From Auanema rhodensis (taxonomy: Eukaryota; Animalia; Nematoda): DNA of 64,000 nt. Of this stretch, positions 58,101-64,000 are shown piece after piece (position 1 is the stretch's first letter; each line of letters begins with the position of its first letter). The notes beneath the pieces are model-generated. The model saw only the letters and a list, made by a program, of their open reading frames with translations, searched no databases and was not told where the DNA came from. The position numbers and the translations under genes are program-made. The stretch covers positions 6,696,001-6,760,000 of the forward strand of contig OZ059895.1 of assembly GCA_964057225.1 (NCBI GenBank). The letters are read 5' to 3'.

Positions 58101-61100
58101 GGGGTATTCAACTTCATTTTTGGTTTAATTACCCAAGTTTGAGGTACTTTGATGATTCAACAACGGTTACACCTGATGTTGAACTAAATTTTGGAAAGCT
58201 CACTATATGTGAGCAACATTGATATTCCATCTTTCTGAAGATTCTGAAGCTTGTCTATCTCTTGAATGGAAACGTTTATTGTTCAGACAATCTCAGCCTA
58301 GAGTTTTGAATGTTTTTCTGAAGAAGAATACGGTGCACGTGCCATTTGCCTTGAGGTATTCATCTTCATCTTTGGTTTAATTACCCAAGTTTGAGGTACT
58401 TTGATGATTCAACAAGGGTTACACCTGATGTTGAACTAAATTTTGGAAAGCTCACTATATGTGAGCAACATTGATATTTCATCTTTCTGAAGATTCTGAA
58501 GCTTGTCTATCTCTTGACCGGAAATGTTTATTGTTCAGACAATCTCAGTCTAGAGTTTTGAATGTTTTTCTGAAGAAGAATACGGTGCACGTGCCATTTG
58601 CCTTGGGGTATTCAACTTCATTTTTGGTTTAATTACCCAAGTTTGAGGTACTTTGATGATTCAACAAGGGTTACACCTGATGTTGAACTAAATTTTGGAA
58701 AGCTCACTATATGTGAGCAACATTTATATTTCATCTTTCTGAAGATTCTGAAGCTTGTCTATCTCTTGACCGGAAATGTTTATTGTTCAGACAATCTCAG
58801 TCTAGAGTTTTGAATGTTTTTCTGAAGAAGAATACGGTGCACGTGCCATTTGCCCTGGAGTATTCATCTTCATCTTTGGTTTAATTACCCAAGTTTGAGG
58901 TACTTTGATAATTCAACAACAGTTACACCTGATGTTGAACTAAATTTTCGAAAGCTCACTATATGTGAGCAACATTGATATTTCATCTTTCTGAAGATTC
59001 TGAAGCTTGTCTATCTCTTGAATGGAAACGTTTATTGTTCGGAAATCTCAGCCTAGAGTTTTGAATGTTTTTCTGAAGAAGAATACGGTGCACGTGCCAT
59101 TTGCCCTGGAGTATTCATCTTCATCTTTGGTTTAATTACCCAAGTTTGAGGTACTTTGATAATTCAACAACGGTTACACCTGATGTTGAACTAAATTTTG
59201 GAAAGCTCACTATATGTGAGCAACATTGATATATCATCTTTCTGAAGATTCTGAAGCTTGTCTATCTCTTGAATGGAAACGTTTATTGTTCGGAAATCTC
59301 AGCCTAGAGTTTTGAATGTTTTTCTGAAGAAGAATACGGTGCACGTGCCATTTGCCTTGAGGTATTCATCTTCATCTTTGGTTTAATTACCCAAGTTTGA
59401 GGTACTTTGATAATTCAACAACGGTTACACCTGATGTTGAACTAAATTTTCGAAAGCTCACTATATGTGAGCAACATTGATATTTCATCTTTCTGAAGAT
59501 TCTGAAGCTTGTCTATCTCTTGAATGGAAACGTTTATTGTTCGGAAATCTCAGCCTAGAGTTTTGAATGTTTTTCTGAAGAAGAATACGGTGCACGTGCC
59601 ATTTGCCTTGAGGTATTCATCTTCATCTTTGGTTTAATTACCCAAGTTTGAGGTACTTTGATAATTCAACAACGGTTACACCTGATGTTGAACTAAATTT
59701 TGGAAAGCTCACTATATGTGAGCAACATTGATATATCATCTTTCTGAAGATTCTGAAGCTTGTCTATCTCTTGAATGGAAACGTTTATTGTTCGGAAATC
59801 TCAGCCTAGAGTTTTGAATGTTTTTCTGAAGAAGAATACGGTGCACGTGCCATTTGCCCTGGAGTATTCATCTTCATCTTTGGTTTAATTACCCAAGTTT
59901 GAGGTACTTTGATAATTCAACAACGGTTACACCTGATGTTGAACTAAATTTTGGAAAGCTCACTATATGTGAGCAACATTGATATTTCATCTTTCTGAAG
60001 ACTCTGAAGCTTGTCTATCTCTTGAATGGAAACGTTTATTGTTCAGACAATCTCAGCCTAGAGTTTTGAATGTTTTTCTGAAGAAGAATACGGTGCACGT
60101 GCCATTTGCCTTGAGGTATTCATCTTCATCTTTGGTTTGATTACCCAAGTTTGAGGTACTTTGATGATTCAACAAGGGTTACACCTGATGTTGAACTAAA
60201 TTTTGGAAAGCTCACTATATGTGAGCAACATTGATATTTCATCTTTCTGAAGATTCTGAAGCTTGTCTATCTCTTGACCGGAAATGTTTATTGTTCAGAC
60301 AATCTCAGTCTAGAGTTTTGAATGTTTTTCTGAAGAAGAATACGGTGCACGTGCCATTTGCCTTGGGGTATTCAACTTCTTTTTTGGTTTAATTACCCAA
60401 GTTTGAGGTACTTTGATGATTCAACAAGGGTTACACCTGATGTTGAACTAAATTTTGGAAAGCTCACTATATGTGAGCAACATTGATATTTCATCTCTCT
60501 GAAGATTCGGAAGCTTGTCTATCTCTTGACCGGAAATGTTTATTGTTCAGACAATCTCAGTCAGGAGTTTTGAATGTTCTTCTGAACAGGAATACGGTGC
60601 ACGTGCCATTTGCCTTGAGGTATTCATCTTCATCTTTGGTTTAATTACCCAAGTTTGAGGTACTTTGATAATTCAACAACGGTTACACCTGATGTTGAAC
60701 TAAATTTTGGAAAGCTCACTATATGTGAGCAACATTGATATTTCATCTTTCTGAAGATTCTGAAGCTTGTCTATCTCTTGACCGGAAATGTTTATTGTTC
60801 AGACAATCTCAGCCTAGAGTTTTGAATGTTTTTCTGAAGAAGAATACGGTGCACGTGCCATTTGCCTTGAGGTATTCATCTTCATCTTTGGTTTAATTAC
60901 CCAAGTTTGAGGTACTTTGATAATTCAACAACGGTTACACCTGATGTTGAACTAAATTTTGGAAAGCTCACTATATGTGAGCAACATTGATATTTCATCT
61001 TTCTGAAGATTCTGAAGCTTGTCTATCTCTTGACCGGAAATGTTTATTGTTCAGACAATCTCAGTCTAGAGTTTTGAATGTTTTTCTGAAGAAGAATACG

Positions 61101-64000
61101 GTGCACGTGCCATTTGCCTTGGGGTATTCAACTTCATTTTTGGTTTAATTACCCAAGTTTGAGGTACTTTGATGATTCAACAAGGGTTACACCTGATGTT
61201 GAACTAAATTTTGGAAAGCTCACTATATGTGAGCAACATTTATATTTCATCTTTCTGAAGATTCTGAAGCTTGTCTATCTCTTGACCGGAAATGTTTATT
61301 GTTCAGACAATCTCAGCCTAGAGTTTTGAATGTTTTTCTGAAGAAGAATACGGTGCACGTGCCATTTGCCTTGAGGTATTCATCTTCATCTTTGGTTTAA
61401 TTACCCAAGTTTGAGGTACTTTGATAATTCAACAACGGTTACACCTGATGTTGAACTAAATTTTGGAAAGCTCACTATATGTGAGCAACATTGATATTTC
61501 ATCTTTCTGAAGATTCTGAAGCTTGTCTATCTCTTGACCGGAAATGTTTATTGTTCAGACAATCTCAGTCTAGAGTTTTGAATGTTTTTCTGAAGAAGAA
61601 TACGGTGCACGTGCCATTTGCCCTGGAGTATTCATCTTCATCTTTGGTTTAATTACCCAAGTTTGAGGTACTTTGATAATTCAACAACGGTTACACCTGA
61701 TGTTGAACTAAATTTTGGAAAGCTCACTATATGTGAGCAACATTGATATTTCTTCTCTCTGAACATTCGGAAGCTTGTCTATCTCTTGACCGGAAATGGT
61801 TATTGTTCAGACAATCTCAGTCTAGAGTTTTGAATATTCTTCTGAACAGGAATACGGTGCACGTGCCATTTGCCTTGGGGTATTCAACTTCATTTTTGGT
61901 TTAATTACCCAAGTTTGAGGTACTTTGATGATTCAACAACGGTTACACCTGATGTTGAACTAAATTTTGGAAAGCTCACTATATGTGAGCAACATTGATA
62001 TTCCATCTTTCTGAAGATTCTGAAGCTTGTCTATCTCTTGACCGGAAATGTTTATTGTTCAGACAATCTCAGTCTAGAGTTTTGAATGTTTTTCTGAAGA
62101 AGAATACGGTGCACGTGCCATTTGCCTTGGGGTATTCAACTTCATTTTTGGTTTAATTACCCAAGTTTGAGGTACTTTGATGATTCAACAACGGTTACAC
62201 CTGATGTTGAACTAAATTTTGGAAAGCTCACTATATGTGAGCAACATTGATATTCCATCTTTCTGAAGATTCTGAAGCTTGTCTATCTCTTGAATGGAAA
62301 CGTTTATTGTTCAGACAATCTCAGCCTAGAGTTTTGAATGTTTTTCTGAAGAAGAATACGGTGCACGTGCCATTTGCCTTGAGGTATTCATCTTCATCTT
62401 TGGTTTAATTACCCAAGTTTGAGGTACTTTGATGATTCAACAAGGGTTACACCTGATGTTGAACTAAATTTTGGAAAGCTCACTATATGTGAGCAACATT
62501 GATATTTCATCTTTCTGAAGATTCTGAAGCTTGTCTATCTCTTGACCGGAAATGTTTATTGTTCAGACAATCTCAGTCTAGAGTTTTGAATGTTTTTCTG
62601 AAGAAGAATACGGTGCACGTGCCATTTGCCTTGGGGTATTCAACTTCATTTTTGGTTTAATTACCCAAGTTTGAGGTACTTTGATGATTCAACAAGGGTT
62701 ACACCTGATGTTGAACTAAATTTTGGAAAGCTCACTATATGTGAGCAACATTTATATTTCATCTTTCTGAAGATTCTGAAGCTTGTCTATCTCTTGAGCG
62801 GAAATGTTTATTGTTCAGACAATCTCAGTCTAGAGTTTTGAATGTTTTTCTGAAGAAGAATACGGTGCACGTGCCATTTGCCCTGGAGTATTCATCTTCA
62901 TCTTTGGTTTAATTACCCAAGTTTGAGGTACTTTGATAATTCAACAACAGTTACACCTGATGTTGAACTAAATTTTCGAAAGCTCACTATATGTGAGCAA
63001 CATTGATATTTCATCTTTCTGAAGATTCTGAAGCTTGTCTATCTCTTGACCGGAAATGTTTATTGTTCAGACAATCTCAGTCTAGAGTTTTGAATGTTTT
63101 TCTGAAGAAGAATACGGTGCACGTGCCATTTGCCCTGGAGTATTCATCTTCATCTTTGGTTTAATTACCCAAGTTTGAGGTACTTTGATAATTCAACAAC
63201 AGTTACACCTGATGTTGAACTAAATTTTCGAAAGCTCACTATATGTGAGCAACATTGATATTTCATCTTTCTGAAGATTCTGAAGCTTGTCTATCTCTTG
63301 AATGGAAACGTTTATTGTTCGGAAATCTCAACCTAGAGTTTTGAATGTTTTTCTGAAGAAGAATACGGTGCACGTGCCATTTGCCTTGGGGTATTCATCT
63401 TCATCTTTGGTTTAATTACCCAAGTTTGAGGTACTTTGATAATTCAACAACGGTTACACCTGATGTTGAACTAAATTTTGGAAAGCTCACTATATGTGAG
63501 CAACATTGATATTTCTTCTCTCTGAACATTCGGAAGCTTGTCTATCTCTTGAATGGAAACGTTTATTGTTCAGACAATCTCAGCCTAGAGTTTTGAATGT
63601 TTTTCTGAAGAAGAATACGGTGCACGTGCCATTTGCCTTGGGGTGTTCATCTTCATCTTTGGTTTAATTACCCAAGTTTGAGGTACTTTGATAATTCAAC
63701 AACGGTTACACCTGATGTTGAACTAAATTTTCGAAAGCTCACTATATGTGAGCAACATTGATATTTCATCTTTCTGAAGATTCTGAAGCTTGTCTATCTC
63801 TTGAATGGAAACGTTTATTGTTCGGAAATCTCAACCTAGAGTTTTGAATGTTTTTCTGAAGAAGAATACGGTGCACGTGCCATTTGCCTTGGGGTATTCA
63901 TCTTCATCTTTGGTTTAATTACCCAAGTTTGAGGTACTTTGATGATTCAACAAGGGTTACACCTGATGTTGAACTAAATTTTGGAAAGCTCACTATATGT

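Larger units (their letters stand above)
45461..64000 (+). repeat. Tandem array of 252-bp (some 251-bp) units, ~74 copies, each carrying one SL1 RNA gene; continues past the window end
   Basis: SL starts at 45531, 45783, 46035, 46287 ... 63912. The span of 18381 bp equals 73x252 minus 15, matching the 15 units seen with a 1-bp deletion (TTCGGAAATCTC versus TTCAGACAATCTC). Confidence 0.97.
45531..64000 (+). ncRNA. sls-1: SL1 spliced-leader RNA gene cluster (~74 genes of ~95 nt each)
   Basis: Each unit has GGTTTAATTACCCAAGTTTGAG (the canonical nematode SL1 22-mer) followed by a GT donor, stem II TTCAACA...TGTTGAA, the Sm site AAATTTTGGA and stem III GCTCAC-TATAT-GTGAGC. This is the same architecture as C. 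elegans SL1 RNA. Confidence 0.97.

Noticed and set aside
45503-62841. Repeated 71-aa ORFs (MPWGI...) in the 252-bp array, whose unit length is a multiple of 3
   Set aside because: They start at TTG, are open in only 5 of ~74 units, are broken by 1-bp deletions and stops elsewhere, and overlap the SL1 gene. All minus-strand frames have stops.
45461-64000. CRISPR array or plain centromeric satellite
   Set aside because: There are no unique spacers or cas genes, the context is eukaryotic, and the unit is explained as an SL1 RNA gene plus flanks.

Overview
Eukaryotic nematode genomic DNA, probably rhabditid, AT-rich, with mostly 39-50 nt introns. From 1 to 22 kb there is a co-oriented, probably operonic cluster on the + strand: the 3' part of a short-chain dehydrogenase, smg-2/UPF1, nsun-2, herc-1 (RCC1+HECT E3 ligase) and an NME6-like nucleoside diphosphate kinase. 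From 24.6 to 39.6 kb, grh-1 (Grainyhead) lies on the - strand with long, microsatellite-rich introns. From 45.46 kb to the window end, an apparent 252-bp satellite is in fact a tandem array of about 74 SL1 spliced-leader RNA genes (perfect 22-nt SL1, GT donor, two downstream stems, Sm site), with no 5S rRNA in the unit. The array has blocks of donor-dead, leader-variant and Sm-variant copies and nested higher-order repeats. Two other highlights: (i) a pair of 58-nt, same-phase, homologous, apparently mutually exclusive exons that swap the DNA-recognition helix of GRH-1; (ii) a GC-AG intron in smg-2 with a competing GT donor 4 nt downstream that would remove the C-terminal SQ phospho-cluster. 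All gene models and variant counts were read by eye and need computational and RNA-seq confirmation.
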